Source of the DNA: Candidatus Poribacteria bacterium
GTDB taxonomy: Bacteria > Poribacteria > WGA-4E > WGA-3G
DNA length: 64,000 bases
Reading direction: 5' to 3'
NCBI GenBank assembly: GCA_965214095.1
Contig: OZ243938.1
Span: 960,001-1,024,000 of the forward strand
This document shows, piece by piece, positions 13,040-22,952 of the stretch. The number at the start of each line of letters is the position of its first letter. Position 1 is the first letter of the stretch. The notes under the pieces are model-generated. The model made no database searches, was not told where the DNA came from, and saw only the letters and a program-made list of their open reading frames with translations. The position numbers and the translations under genes are program-made.

Positions 13040-13630
13040 CTAATCTGGAAGCAATTTGAAAGTATTCCGATGAATTGAGGATGCACCGAACTGTGCAATC
13101 GCCTGACGATGTTGCGCAGTTGGGTATCCTTTGTGTTGCTTAAATCCGTAATCTGGATATTTCTCATCAAATTCAACCATTAATGCATCGCGTGTAGTTT
13201 TAGCGATAACGGATGCAGCTGCAATTGACAAACTCAGGCTGTCCCCTTTTGGAATTGCATCACTTGGAATATCAATGTCAGGCAGTTTGGAACCATCAAC
13301 CAACAGACAATCAGGTTTCGGTGTCAATTGTTCAACCGCACACTTCATCGCAAGTAATGACGCTTGCAAGATGTTTATCCGTTCAATAGTGCGGTTATCC
13401 ACTGAACCTGTACCGATTGAAATGGCTACACTGCGGATTTTTTCCGCTAACACCTCGCGCTGATTAGGTGTCAATAGTTTTGAGTCAGTTAACCCCTCAA
13501 TTTGACAGTCAGCAGGCAAGATGACAGCTGCAGCCACCACAGGACCTGCCAATGCCCCTCTTCCTGCTTCGTCAACCCCTGCAATTTGTGAGAAACCCTT
13601 TAGCCTACAAACGCGCTCATAAGCGTCCAT
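13040..13630 (-). CDS. rnhB: Ribonuclease HII
   Basis: GVDEAGRG, DSKLL, SIAAASVIAK, HKGYPT; start uncertain (13630 or 13666). Confidence 0.93.
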   Translation of the reverse strand: MDAYERVCRLKGFSQIAGVDEAGRGALAGPVVAAAVILPADCQIEGLTDSKLLTPNQREVLAEKIRSVAISIGTGSVDNRTIERINILQASLLAMKCAVEQLTPKPDCLLVDGSKLPDIDIPSDAIPKGDSLSLSIAAASVIAKTTRDALMVEFDEKYPDYGFKQHKGYPTAQHRQAIAQFGASSIHRNTFKLLPD

Positions 13631-13634
13631 TCTG

Positions 13635-13979
13635 TTATCTTCTGCGTTCCTTGACACGAGCAGCACGTCCAGTTCGGTCTCTCAGATAGTATAATTTTGC
13701 ACGTCTAACTGCCCCATATCTGACCACTCTAATGCTTTCAATATTGGGTGAGTGTAATGGAAATGTTCGCTCACTACCTGTGCCAAAGGCAACTCGTCGC
13801 ACAGTAAATGTAGCACTCGTGCCACCATGTGCACGACGAATCACGGTGCCTTCATAAGCCTGAATACGTTCCTTCTGTCCTTCTCGGATACGAGTATTGA
13901 CTCTAATAATGTCTCCAGGACCGAACTCTGGTATATCGGATTTCTTATATTGATTTTCTACAGATTCAATTAAATTCAT
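13635..13979 (-). CDS. rplS: 50S ribosomal protein L19
   Basis: ERTFPLHSP and [10 protein letters not shown]. Confidence 0.97.
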   Translation of the reverse strand: MNLIESVENQYKKSDIPEFGPGDIIRVNTRIREGQKERIQAYEGTVIRRAHGGTSATFTVRRVAFGTGSERTFPLHSPNIESIRVVRYGAVRRAKLYYLRDRTGRAARVKERRR

Positions 13980-14017
13980 TGTGATACCTCCTTCATAAGA
14001 TTTTTATGAATGTAAAT

Positions 14018-14155
14018 TATAGTGAAATGTAAAAATATATGCACACTCTACGGTAGATGCGGTTTCCAAACCGCATCTATGAGACTGAACAAACACCGGT
14101 TCGGTTAGGAAACCGAACCTACCGTCGTGTGTAAATAATTATGGTTTTTACTATA
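14018..14155. mobile_element. MITE-like element (TATAGT...ACTATA) enclosing an inverted REP pair
   Basis: Inside the trmD-rplS spacer; interior matches the reverse complement of 42383-42430 plus 42543-42620. Confidence 0.7.
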
Positions 14156-14174
14156 AGCGACTTGTGGCATTGAC

Positions 14175-14903
14175 TTACATGTTATCTTCCAGTATTTTGA
14201 GGATAGTAAGTTCCTCATCAGACAACTCAAGATCTTGAAGTAAATCTGGACGATGGTGTGCAGTCCGTTTTAGTGCTTCCACCTGCCGCCATTTTTTTAT
14301 ATTTTCATGATGTCCACTCAATAGCACTTCAGGCACTTCCATTCCTTCATACACTGCGGGTCGTGTGTAGTGTGGATGGTCAAGTAAGTCTTGACTGAAA
14401 GAGTCCTCGTGTGCAGATTCAAAGTCTCCTAACGCTCCTGGTAATACGCGCCCGATTGCATCTATAAGCACGAGTGCTGCGATTTCGCCGCCACTCAGAA
14501 CATAATCACCGATTGATACTTCAGATGTAATGACCTTTTGACGTACACGTTCATCAATACCTTTGTAACGACCACATATTAGAATGATATGTGTCTCCAA
14601 AGACATGGCTTCAACTAATGATTGAGTTAAAGGAGTGCCTTGCGGGGTTAGAAATACAACGTTTGCATCAGATGTAGTATTCAATGCATTAACGGCAGCA
14701 AAAAGGGGTTCAGGTTTGAGAATCATTCCCGCCCCACCACCGTAAGGATAGTCATCAACTGATTTGTGCTTGTCAGTTGCCCAATCGCGCAAGTTATAGA
14801 CATTGATGGTGAGTCCACCTGCATCCTGAATTCGCTTGAGTATCCCTGTTTGCAATGCGGGTGCGATGATCTCTGGAAACAGCGCGAGCACATCCAATTT
14901 CAT
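14175..14903 (-). CDS. trmD: tRNA (guanine-N1)-methyltransferase
   Basis: DDYPYGGGAGM, SIGDYVLSGGE, VPEVLLSGHH. Confidence 0.97.
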   Translation of the reverse strand: MKLDVLALFPEIIAPALQTGILKRIQDAGGLTINVYNLRDWATDKHKSVDDYPYGGGAGMILKPEPLFAAVNALNTTSDANVVFLTPQGTPLTQSLVEAMSLETHIILICGRYKGIDERVRQKVITSEVSIGDYVLSGGEIAALVLIDAIGRVLPGALGDFESAHEDSFSQDLLDHPHYTRPAVYEGMEVPEVLLSGHHENIKKWRQVEALKRTAHHRPDLLQDLELSDEELTILKILEDNM

Positions 14904-14924
14904 TTTTATGTATGCCTATTATCA

Positions 14925-15179
14925 TTATTCTTCTTCGGTTCGCGGCTCCTCAATAAGTTCAAGAATCACTTTCTTTTGTGTTTTCAATCCAGCAGTGTAC
15001 AACAGTGTCCTAATAGCTTTGAGAGTCCTTCCGTATCTACCGATAATTTTCCCCAAATCTGCTTCTGCGACAATCAGTTCAATAATAACCACCTTTTCGC
15101 CAGTCACTTCACGGACTATTACATCATCAGGATAGTCAACAAGGGCTTTTACGATGTATTCTATAAGTTCTTTGAACAT
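14925..15179 (-). CDS. khpA: KH-domain RNA-binding protein (KhpA/YlqC)
   Basis: DLGKIIGRYGRTLKAIR; position after rpsP; start MFKELIEY. Confidence 0.88.
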   Translation of the reverse strand: MFKELIEYIVKALVDYPDDVIVREVTGEKVVIIELIVAEADLGKIIGRYGRTLKAIRTLLYTAGLKTQKKVILELIEEPRTEEE

Positions 15180-15240
15180 AACTAACTCAATGGTTATAAT
15201 GAACTCTGGATATGTAGACAATGAAGTTAAACTGGAATGA

Positions 15241-15678
15241 TTATTCTTCTTCAGATGCGTCTGAATGTGCATCGGACGATTCTGTGTCTTCTTCAACCGA
15301 TTCAGGCGTGTCTTCGGTCTGAAGTGCTTCCTGATTATCTTCGGCAGGAGCAGTTTCTGTTTCTTCAGCGGGTTCGTCTGTTACACTTTCTTCTACGTCG
15401 GGAAGTGGTTTTCCAAGTTTTTCATAAGTAAATTTCTTCCAGATGCCTTGTTGTGAAAGCAATCTCTTGGCTGTGTCGGTGGGTTGTGCCCCACGTCTGA
15501 GCCATTTTAGTGCTTTTTCTTCATCAATAAGGACTTCTGCGGGTTCCGTAATAGGATTATAGTGACCGAGTCGTTCTAAAAAGACACCGTCCCGCTGTGC
15601 TCGCGCATCAGCTGCTACGAGTCGATAGAATGGACGTTTCTTTCTTCCGAGTCGTTGCAATCTAATTTTAACTGCCAA
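15241..15678 (-). CDS. rpsP: 30S ribosomal protein S16 with acidic tail
   Basis: [18 protein letters not shown]; TTG start after AGGAGG. Confidence 0.96.
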   Translation of the reverse strand: MAVKIRLQRLGRKKRPFYRLVAADARAQRDGVFLERLGHYNPITEPAEVLIDEEKALKWLRRGAQPTDTAKRLLSQQGIWKKFTYEKLGKPLPDVEESVTDEPAEETETAPAEDNQEALQTEDTPESVEEDTESSDAHSDASEEE

Positions 15679-15746
15679 AAATAACCTCCTGGTTGATTGT
15701 ATAGCTGAATTTACCAGATATAATCTAATTGTAATTGCGTATGCCG

Positions 15747-17135
15747 TTATTTTTTTCTTCTACGTTTTCGTGGTTTTCTTGATTTACGTTGTGTTCGAGG
15801 GAAAGCACCTAAATTTCCACCCATCTTTGGTATCGCCATTGCTCCCTGTTGGTTAAACATGTTATTCATCATACGTAACTGTGAAACCAATTGATTAATC
15901 TGATTAACCGATGTGCCACTGCCTTTGGATATACGCATTTTCCGGCTACGATCTAATTGAACGGTATTGCTCCGTTCAGCAGGTGTCATTGACTGAATGA
16001 CCGCTTTAATATGTTTAATATGGTCTTCATCAGGCTGCATGTCTTTGATGGGTAATTGGTTTTTAAACGGGACAAGATCAAGTATTTGGTCAAGCGGTCC
16101 CATATTCTTAATTTGTTCAAGCTGCGTAAGTAAATCGTTGAAATCTAAACCTTTTTTCTCTGTTAATTTCCGTTCTAATTCTCTTGCCTGATCTTCACTG
16201 AAGACTTCTTCAGCTTTTTCCATCAAGGTCTGGAAATCACCTTGACCGATAATACGTGAAGCCATCCGTTCAGGATGGAATTCTTCAAGCGTATTCGCGT
16301 CAATTTTCTCCCCGACACCAATAAATTTGATGGGTTTGTCTGTAACAGAACGGATCGAGAGTGCAGCACCACCGCGTGCATCCCCATCCATCTTCGTCAA
16401 AATTACCCCACTAATATCCAAATCCTTATTGAAGTTTTCTGCGACGTTTACTGCGTCTTGACCTGTCATCGCATCAACTACGAGCAGGATTTCTGACGGA
16501 TTTACCGCATCCTTGATTCCCTTCAGTTCATTCATCAATGTTTCATCAATGTGCAAACGACCTGCTGTATCAATAATTACACAATCGTAACCACGATTGA
16601 GTGCATCTTGCACAGCATCCTTTGCAATTTTGACAGGTGAGACATCTGTCCCCAGTGCAAAGACAGGACAATCAATCTGTTCACCAAGTACCTGAAGCTG
16701 CTTGATTGCTGCAGGACGGTAAACATCACCTGCCGCGAGCATCGGATTACGTCCATCCTTACGGAATTTGAGTGCTAACTTCGCTGCGACTGTTGTTTTA
16801 CCAGCACCTTGCAATCCGGCTAACATCACAACCGTTGGTCCGCTGGAAGATATCTGAATCTTCGCAGATTCTGTTCCCATCAAAGTGGTTAATTCTTCTT
16901 GGATTATCTTCGCAATTTGGAGTTCTGGTGTGAGACTCCCCATCACCTCTTGACCGAGTGCACGTTCCTTGATGCTTTCAATAAAATCGCGTGTGACCTT
17001 GTAGTTCACATCTGCTTCTAAGAAGGCGCGACGCACTTCTCGCAGGGAATCAGAGATATTCTTCTCTGTCATTTTTCCCTGACCTTTAATCTTTTTAAAG
17101 GTGCTTTGTAGCCGATCACTCAAACTCTCAAACAT
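15747..17135 (-). CDS. ffh: Signal recognition particle protein
   Basis: [26 protein letters not shown]. Confidence 0.97.
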   Translation of the reverse strand: MFESLSDRLQSTFKKIKGQGKMTEKNISDSLREVRRAFLEADVNYKVTRDFIESIKERALGQEVMGSLTPELQIAKIIQEELTTLMGTESAKIQISSSGPTVVMLAGLQGAGKTTVAAKLALKFRKDGRNPMLAAGDVYRPAAIKQLQVLGEQIDCPVFALGTDVSPVKIAKDAVQDALNRGYDCVIIDTAGRLHIDETLMNELKGIKDAVNPSEILLVVDAMTGQDAVNVAENFNKDLDISGVILTKMDGDARGGAALSIRSVTDKPIKFIGVGEKIDANTLEEFHPERMASRIIGQGDFQTLMEKAEEVFSEDQARELERKLTEKKGLDFNDLLTQLEQIKNMGPLDQILDLVPFKNQLPIKDMQPDEDHIKHIKAVIQSMTPAERSNTVQLDRSRKMRISKGSGTSVNQINQLVSQLRMMNNMFNQQGAMAIPKMGGNLGAFPRTQRKSRKPRKRRRKK

Positions 17136-17173
17136 GCGTTTAAATCCTTTATCAAAGGGAAATTAATTAAAGA

Positions 17174-17202
17174 ATTATAGCAGGTTTAATGGGTTCTGTC
17201 AA
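17174..17202 (-). promoter_or_regulatory. Consensus sigma-70 promoter of ffh
   Basis: TTGACA-17-TATAAT with extended -10 TG. Confidence 0.75.
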
Positions 17203-17397
17203 GTTTTTTTGTGGTTGAGCAGGGTGTTGGGAAGTATATCTGAATTGTGGATTTTCGCGGATTGTCCAGACTTTGTAGGTTGTAGTACTGGATATAGTCA
17301 AAGTCACTGAAAATTTGTTTTTGATTAGATGAATGCTTCTGGTTCTTTATCTAATTTGCAGCTGCTCCAACATAGAGGGTAGGTCTATCTGCGGAAA

Positions 17398-19278
17398 TTA
17401 GGGTTTTAGCGCGGATACATCCCACAGATACACCATACCATTGACTAAACTGACAAGTGTATTTCCATCCGATGCAAACGCAACACGTTGGACCCACCGA
17501 TTATTTGCAACATAATTATGAACTATCTTTCTTGTGCTGACATCGTATATGAAAACACCTTTCGTTGCGCTACCAAACGCCAGAAACTTGCCATCCGGGC
17601 TGAAGACGACACTGGTTATCTGGGAGGGATTCTTCCTGAGAAAGAGGTTCCGTTTCCCTGTTGCAACATCCCATAGATAGATGTTCGGACTGTATGCTGC
17701 AGATGCGAGTATTTTACTGTCGGGATTGAAGGATAGGTCTGATATTAACTCGCCGTGTTTTCTGATAGAGTTCTTTTTCTCACCGGTGTTTGCATCCCAT
17801 AAATGGACAATCATATCCTCACCACCACTGGCGAGTGTGCTTCCATCAGGACTAAAGGCGACACTGATCACACTATCTTTATGTCCTTTTAATGTGTGTT
17901 TGAGTTCACCTGTGTTGGTGTTCCATAAAATGACATTCTTATCCTCACCGCCACTGGCGATGGTGTTTCCATCGGGACTAAAGGCGACACAGTTGACCGA
18001 TTCCTGCTCCTGATGCCCCTTAAGCATATTTATCTGCTTACCAGTGTTCGCATCAAATAGTGTTATATCGTCATAGTGTGCTCCAGCCAAAGTCTTGCCG
18101 TCAGGACTATAGGCGATGTCATCTACTGGTCTATAACTCTGTCTACTGACTATCTTCTGTAATGTCCCCGTTGCTGCGTCAAATAGATAGATGGTCCTAT
18201 CATTTCCTTGGCATGCGATTGTTTTACCATCGGGACTCACCGCAAAACAGATGTATTCCCCATAAAATCCCTTGATGGAATGTGTGCTTTCACCTGTGAA
18301 GATATTCCAAATGCGGACGTTTCCGTTAAAGTCGGAACTGGCGAGTGTCCGCAAATCGGGACTGAAGGATACAGATTGCCCACCCCAGTATTCTGTCAAC
18401 GTTTTGATGTGTTGATATGTATTGAGATCCCACAACTGGATAGTTCCGTTGACACACGCAGCGGCTAATAGTCCACCATCCGCACTGAACGCAATGTGAT
18501 TGAACCCCGAGACTCTCCCTTCTGCCTTCAGTGTCTGTATCTGTTGCATAGTGTCCATATCCCATAGGCGTACAGCGTTGTCTGATGCGCTTCCACTGGC
18601 GAGGATGTTACCATCGTTGTTGAAAGCGACAGATCTAACTTCAGACTGGTTTTCATCCAGGTCCTGTATATGTTTACCGCTCACCGTATCCCAGAGTACA
18701 ATATTCCCCGACTCCTCTCCGGCGGCGATCATAAATCCATTCGGATTGAAAGCGAGGCAGTTTATATCACTTGCATCTACATGTGGTTTTTGGATAGTTT
18801 GCTTTTCTTTACCCGTTTTGGCATCCAATATACGGATTATTCTGCGAGCTGTAGCGAAAGCGACTGTGTCGCCATTCGCATTGAAGACGATACCTTTAAT
18901 CCTATTCGAAGATGTCAGTTCTCGTTCAAGTTTGCCTGTATCCGTATTCCACAGATTTATGGTGGCATCATTTTCATAGCTGACCAGAATGTTTTTCTTT
19001 GGATGATAGGTGAAGTTTGACATGCCCATATCGCTTTTTGTAAGGAGATGGATGGGTTGTAAAGTGGTTGTATCGTATATCCACGTGCCGATAGAACTTC
19101 CGATTGCAATCTGCGTTCCGTCTGGTGAATACTGGACGTGGCTGAGTCCTCCTTTGCCGAATCGTGCAATTGCACCTTCTGGTAGTCCAAGGGCTGGATG
19201 TGTCTGTTCTTGTGCAATGCTGACGTGTGTGATTATTAACAGTAGTGCTGTGATTATGGTGAGAATTTTGTGTGTCAT
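17398..19278 (-). CDS. Secreted WD40-repeat protein, probably double propeller
   Basis: Signal peptide, LPEGAIARFGKG leader, many WD40 repeats. Confidence 0.9.
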   Translation of the reverse strand: MTHKILTIITALLLIITHVSIAQEQTHPALGLPEGAIARFGKGGLSHVQYSPDGTQIAIGSSIGTWIYDTTTLQPIHLLTKSDMGMSNFTYHPKKNILVSYENDATINLWNTDTGKLERELTSSNRIKGIVFNANGDTVAFATARRIIRILDAKTGKEKQTIQKPHVDASDINCLAFNPNGFMIAAGEESGNIVLWDTVSGKHIQDLDENQSEVRSVAFNNDGNILASGSASDNAVRLWDMDTMQQIQTLKAEGRVSGFNHIAFSADGGLLAAACVNGTIQLWDLNTYQHIKTLTEYWGGQSVSFSPDLRTLASSDFNGNVRIWNIFTGESTHSIKGFYGEYICFAVSPDGKTIACQGNDRTIYLFDAATGTLQKIVSRQSYRPVDDIAYSPDGKTLAGAHYDDITLFDANTGKQINMLKGHQEQESVNCVAFSPDGNTIASGGEDKNVILWNTNTGELKHTLKGHKDSVISVAFSPDGSTLASGGEDMIVHLWDANTGEKKNSIRKHGELISDLSFNPDSKILASAAYSPNIYLWDVATGKRNLFLRKNPSQITSVVFSPDGKFLAFGSATKGVFIYDVSTRKIVHNYVANNRWVQRVAFASDGNTLVSLVNGMVYLWDVSALKP

Positions 19279-19284
19279 TTAGAT

Positions 19285-19313
19285 ATTATAGCATGTTTTT
19301 TGTGGGTATCCAA
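19285..19313 (-). promoter_or_regulatory. Sigma-70 promoter giving a probable leaderless mRNA
   Basis: TTGGAT-17-TATAAT; ATG 6 nt downstream; no Shine-Dalgarno. Confidence 0.6.
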
Positions 19314-19329
19314 GGTTTGTTGCGGTCTT

Positions 19330-19510
19330 GTAGGAACGGTTTCCAATTGCGGCGATACGCTTCCATTGTAGGACAGGGTCTCTGTGCCCCGCCATCCTTC
19401 TTGTCTGAACCAGGATTTGCAGGATTAGTAGATTTGCAGGATTGGGAGTTTGATAATCCTGGGAATCCTGATTCTGAATGTAAGAACGGCACACGGCGTG
19501 TGCCTGCTAC
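19330..19510. repeat. Cluster of mixed REP-like and AATCCTG-type repeats
   Basis: GTAGGAACGGTTTCCAA, GTAGGACAGGGTCTCTGTGCCC, TCTGAACCAGGATTTGCAGGATT, ACGGCACACGGCGTGTGCCTGCTAC. Confidence 0.7.
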
Positions 19511-22500
19511 TTTGCAATGGACATTTTGCGGGTGGCAGTGTAGTTACCGGCGCGTAGGGTGTAGAAATAGATGCCGCTGGCGACCCGTTCACCATAGGCG
19601 TTCTTGCCATCCCAGTGCTCTTGATGAATGCCGACGGTTTGGTGTCCCAATTTTAGGACGCGGACTAACTTGCCATCGGATGTGTAAATTGATATATTGA
19701 CATCTGATGGGGTTGCGAGGTGATACGGTATCCACGTCTCTGGATTAAACGGATTGGGGTAGTTCGGTAATAAAGCCGTCTGCTTGGGTGTTAGAACACT
19801 CAACAACTGTTGCAGAAGGGCAATGCCTTTTTGATATCGGACATCGTTCAAGTCAAGTTGTTCCGCTTGACTCAACCAGGTTTGAATGTCTTGAACATTT
19901 AGATTGGTATTTACGAGTTGAGATACCGATGGCGCAGCTGCTTCGTCCGATATTATGTTTGCAACCAACAATAAATCTCTGATATCAACAACACCATCAT
20001 TATTGACATCAGCTTTATTCAGACCAGTCTTCCCAATATGTTCTGCAACAATTTTTAAATCACTAATATTCACAACTCCGTCACCGTTGACATCCAATGC
20101 TTCAGCGGAGAATAAAACGACATTTCCATTTCTAAGAATCAAAGGTATAGTAGTTAAATCTTGTCGGAGTATGATAGCTTCATAAATGATAATATCTGAA
20201 GGAATTACTTCCATAACTTCAAAAGTAAGGGTTGCCAGTGTGCCGTTACCAACACTTTCCCCTGCGAGCGAAGTCGCAGCGATGGTAACTTGATTTGGAT
20301 TGACAACCGGTAACGCGAAATACGAATCCGTTGGAAGAAATTGCCCTTTTTCACTGTCAACGTACTTCAGTGCTATCGGATCGAATTGAACCGTAACCTG
20401 ATAACCAGCGACGTTCTCAACACCACTGATATCAATATCAATAACGAGATTATCTCCAACAGTAGGAGATATCACGGGTGAGGGTGTTATTCGAACTGTG
20501 GGCGCGGTGATAGGTGTTGGTGAAAGGTCCCATACATAGACACTATTATCTCTACCGCCAGCACTTGCGAGTGTTTTACGGTCTGGACTGAATGCAACTG
20601 TTGTTATCCCATCCGTATGCCCGCGCAAAGTATCAGTCGTTTTGTGGGTGGCCACATCCCACAATCGGATGGTCCTATCATTGCCACCACTTGCAAGTGT
20701 CTGTCCATCAGGGGAAAACGCTACTGCCAATACCCAATCTGAATGTCCATCAAGAATTGCAATGGTAACATAATTTTCTATATCCCATAATCTAACTGTA
20801 TTGTCCCGACTCCCACTTGCAAGGATTTGACCATCTGGACTAAATGCCACTGACGTTACAAAATCCGTATGACCTATGAGTGTAGAGATATGCTTTTGCT
20901 CATTTGCATTCCACAGCCTCACAGTATTATCATAACTACCACTTGCAAGTATCGCTTCACCTGCGGAAAAATCTACTGAAGAGACATCATTTGTATGCCC
21001 CGGTAGAGCGTGTTTTGTAAGATCTGGAATTATTCCGGATCCATGCCATAGCCAGACATCATTATCTAAACCGCCGGTGGCGAACCAATAACTTTCACCA
21101 TTGGGATCCACAGCGACAACTGATGTTAACGCTACATCAATAAGAGCATTTTCATGTCTATTATTAGATGTAATAAGATGGCCGGTATGTGGATTCCAGT
21201 AGCGAATGGTATGGTCCCATCCCACACTCGCAAGGACATTGCCATTGACAGAATAAGCAACTGATGTAACCCCTTCTGTATGTTCTATGAGTGTATTTGT
21301 ATGTGCTCCGGTATCTGGATTCCATAGGCGTATCGTATTATCCATACTGCCACTGACTAGTGTACGTCCATTTGGGGAGAATGTTAGTGAGGACACAGAA
21401 TCAGTGTGTCCTTCGCGTCTGTAGCGGAGCCGTGCACCTTGTGTGGACACGTTCGTCAGTGGTTCACTAGAAATCGTATTAGAATCTATTGGAATATTCT
21501 CGACTGAAGGAATATTGTAATCCGGCACTGTCTCTGAAACGTTTCCATGTACATCAATCCAATTGACTCTAATCCTATCTGGATGAATGTCATCCATACT
21601 TATTTTATCAAAAACAATTTTATTCTTATTTGTTTGTGTATCATCAAATATGCAGCAATTATGGAGCGAATATTTATTGATCTCGCTTGTATTATCCCAT
21701 TTTCTTTGGCGTATATCCTTTGAATAACCTGGTAAGAATCCGTCAGGAACACTCGTTGGAATTAGATACAAGTTTACTTGATGAAGAGCAGGCACACCAG
21801 GACCGGTTAAGAATAGGTGGAATTTTTGTGTATCAGGATCATAATATGTCTCTTTAGAGACTTTAACATCACCTGCAGGAGATGTCTTGGAAAGTGAAGG
21901 ATCGTCTTCAAAAAAACGACTTGCCCTTAACCATGATTTAGTGCATTTGGATAGTTCGTACGGAGTATGGTAAAGAGTTTTGCCTCTAGGACCTTGAATT
22001 TCTACAGTCCCATAAGACATAATATAGGTGCGATTCCTGAAATCATGTAGCAATCCGAATGCATGTCCTAATTCATGTGCTGCGTTGAAATAGATCAATT
22101 CACTATCACACATAGTATTCTCATAGAAAACTGCCCATGATACATCCACTGATGTTTTACCAAAAAATGACTGCCAAAAGGTTGGATTTAAAGTTATATC
22201 ACCTACACCACACAGAGTACTTGGATTGTCTACGTTAGTGGCAATAAGATAAAGATGTTTTGAATTACCGAAATCTGTTTTCTTACGGATTTCATTTGTT
22301 ATCTTAACCGCTTTATTCAAAATATTTATATATTCACTTGCATTGTGATCCGTTTCAATATAATGAACTTTAAAATTGTCATTGTCTTTTTCAATGTTTA
22401 GTCCTTTGTAAAATGAAGTGAGTGTCTTTGCTAAATTCTCCATCCTTATTTGGGTTTCAGCCATATTAAACTCTTTATCTTTTGCGTAAAAGTATACCAT

Positions 22501-22584
22501 CCGCACCATTTGTTTTTGACCAAATGCGGAGAAACATACAAGAAATAAGATTGTAAATGTTGAAAGAACAAGTTTTATTCGCAT
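19507..22584 (-). CDS. Secreted metzincin-like Zn peptidase + WD40 + cohesin + dockerin + FlgD/T9SS-CTD-like domain
   Basis: HELGHAFGLLH with YIMSY Met-turn; WD40 repeats; GYQVTVQFD/GTLATLTF cohesin-like; paired DVNxDGVV; YPNPFNPETWIPY tail. Confidence 0.85.
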   Translation of the reverse strand: MRIKLVLSTFTILFLVCFSAFGQKQMVRMVYFYAKDKEFNMAETQIRMENLAKTLTSFYKGLNIEKDNDNFKVHYIETDHNASEYINILNKAVKITNEIRKKTDFGNSKHLYLIATNVDNPSTLCGVGDITLNPTFWQSFFGKTSVDVSWAVFYENTMCDSELIYFNAAHELGHAFGLLHDFRNRTYIMSYGTVEIQGPRGKTLYHTPYELSKCTKSWLRASRFFEDDPSLSKTSPAGDVKVSKETYYDPDTQKFHLFLTGPGVPALHQVNLYLIPTSVPDGFLPGYSKDIRQRKWDNTSEINKYSLHNCCIFDDTQTNKNKIVFDKISMDDIHPDRIRVNWIDVHGNVSETVPDYNIPSVENIPIDSNTISSEPLTNVSTQGARLRYRREGHTDSVSSLTFSPNGRTLVSGSMDNTIRLWNPDTGAHTNTLIEHTEGVTSVAYSVNGNVLASVGWDHTIRYWNPHTGHLITSNNRHENALIDVALTSVVAVDPNGESYWFATGGLDNDVWLWHGSGIIPDLTKHALPGHTNDVSSVDFSAGEAILASGSYDNTVRLWNANEQKHISTLIGHTDFVTSVAFSPDGQILASGSRDNTVRLWDIENYVTIAILDGHSDWVLAVAFSPDGQTLASGGNDRTIRLWDVATHKTTDTLRGHTDGITTVAFSPDRKTLASAGGRDNSVYVWDLSPTPITAPTVRITPSPVISPTVGDNLVIDIDISGVENVAGYQVTVQFDPIALKYVDSEKGQFLPTDSYFALPVVNPNQVTIAATSLAGESVGNGTLATLTFEVMEVIPSDIIIYEAIILRQDLTTIPLILRNGNVVLFSAEALDVNGDGVVNISDLKIVAEHIGKTGLNKADVNNDGVVDIRDLLLVANIISDEAAAPSVSQLVNTNLNVQDIQTWLSQAEQLDLNDVRYQKGIALLQQLLSVLTPKQTALLPNYPNPFNPETWIPYHLATPSDVNISIYTSDGKLVRVLKLGHQTVGIHQEHWDGKNAYGERVASGIYFYTLRAGNYTATRKMSIAK

Positions 22585-22799
22585 GTTGTATTTTCCTCAT
22601 TAAAGTTTTTGTTAATATAAGTGTTACTATTTTTAACACATTTTTGTTGAAATAATTGATAGATCTGTTATGTTTTGTATAGAAAAATCTTGAATTAAAT
22701 GAAATTATATATGTTGTGTTCTTAAGACTCATATTATCTTAATAACCATAATGAGTCAATATTAATTAAGTTTTCTATATTTAGTTAGAGTGTCGTCTC

Positions 22800-22952
22800 T
22801 CTGGTGTTGAAGAGGGTGAGGTTAGGGCCGGTGCCTACGGACTAATTGGGGTTGGAAAGCCCTCCTACAACGTAAGAGGCGCAATCGTGGTTGAAAACCA
22901 CTCCAACAATGGAAGCGCGCCTACGAATAGGTTGTCGGGGTTGGAACTACGC
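22800..22952. repeat. Cluster of degenerate REPs from several families
   Basis: Several short hairpins, most ending in CCTAC (GTAG on the minus strand). Confidence 0.6.
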
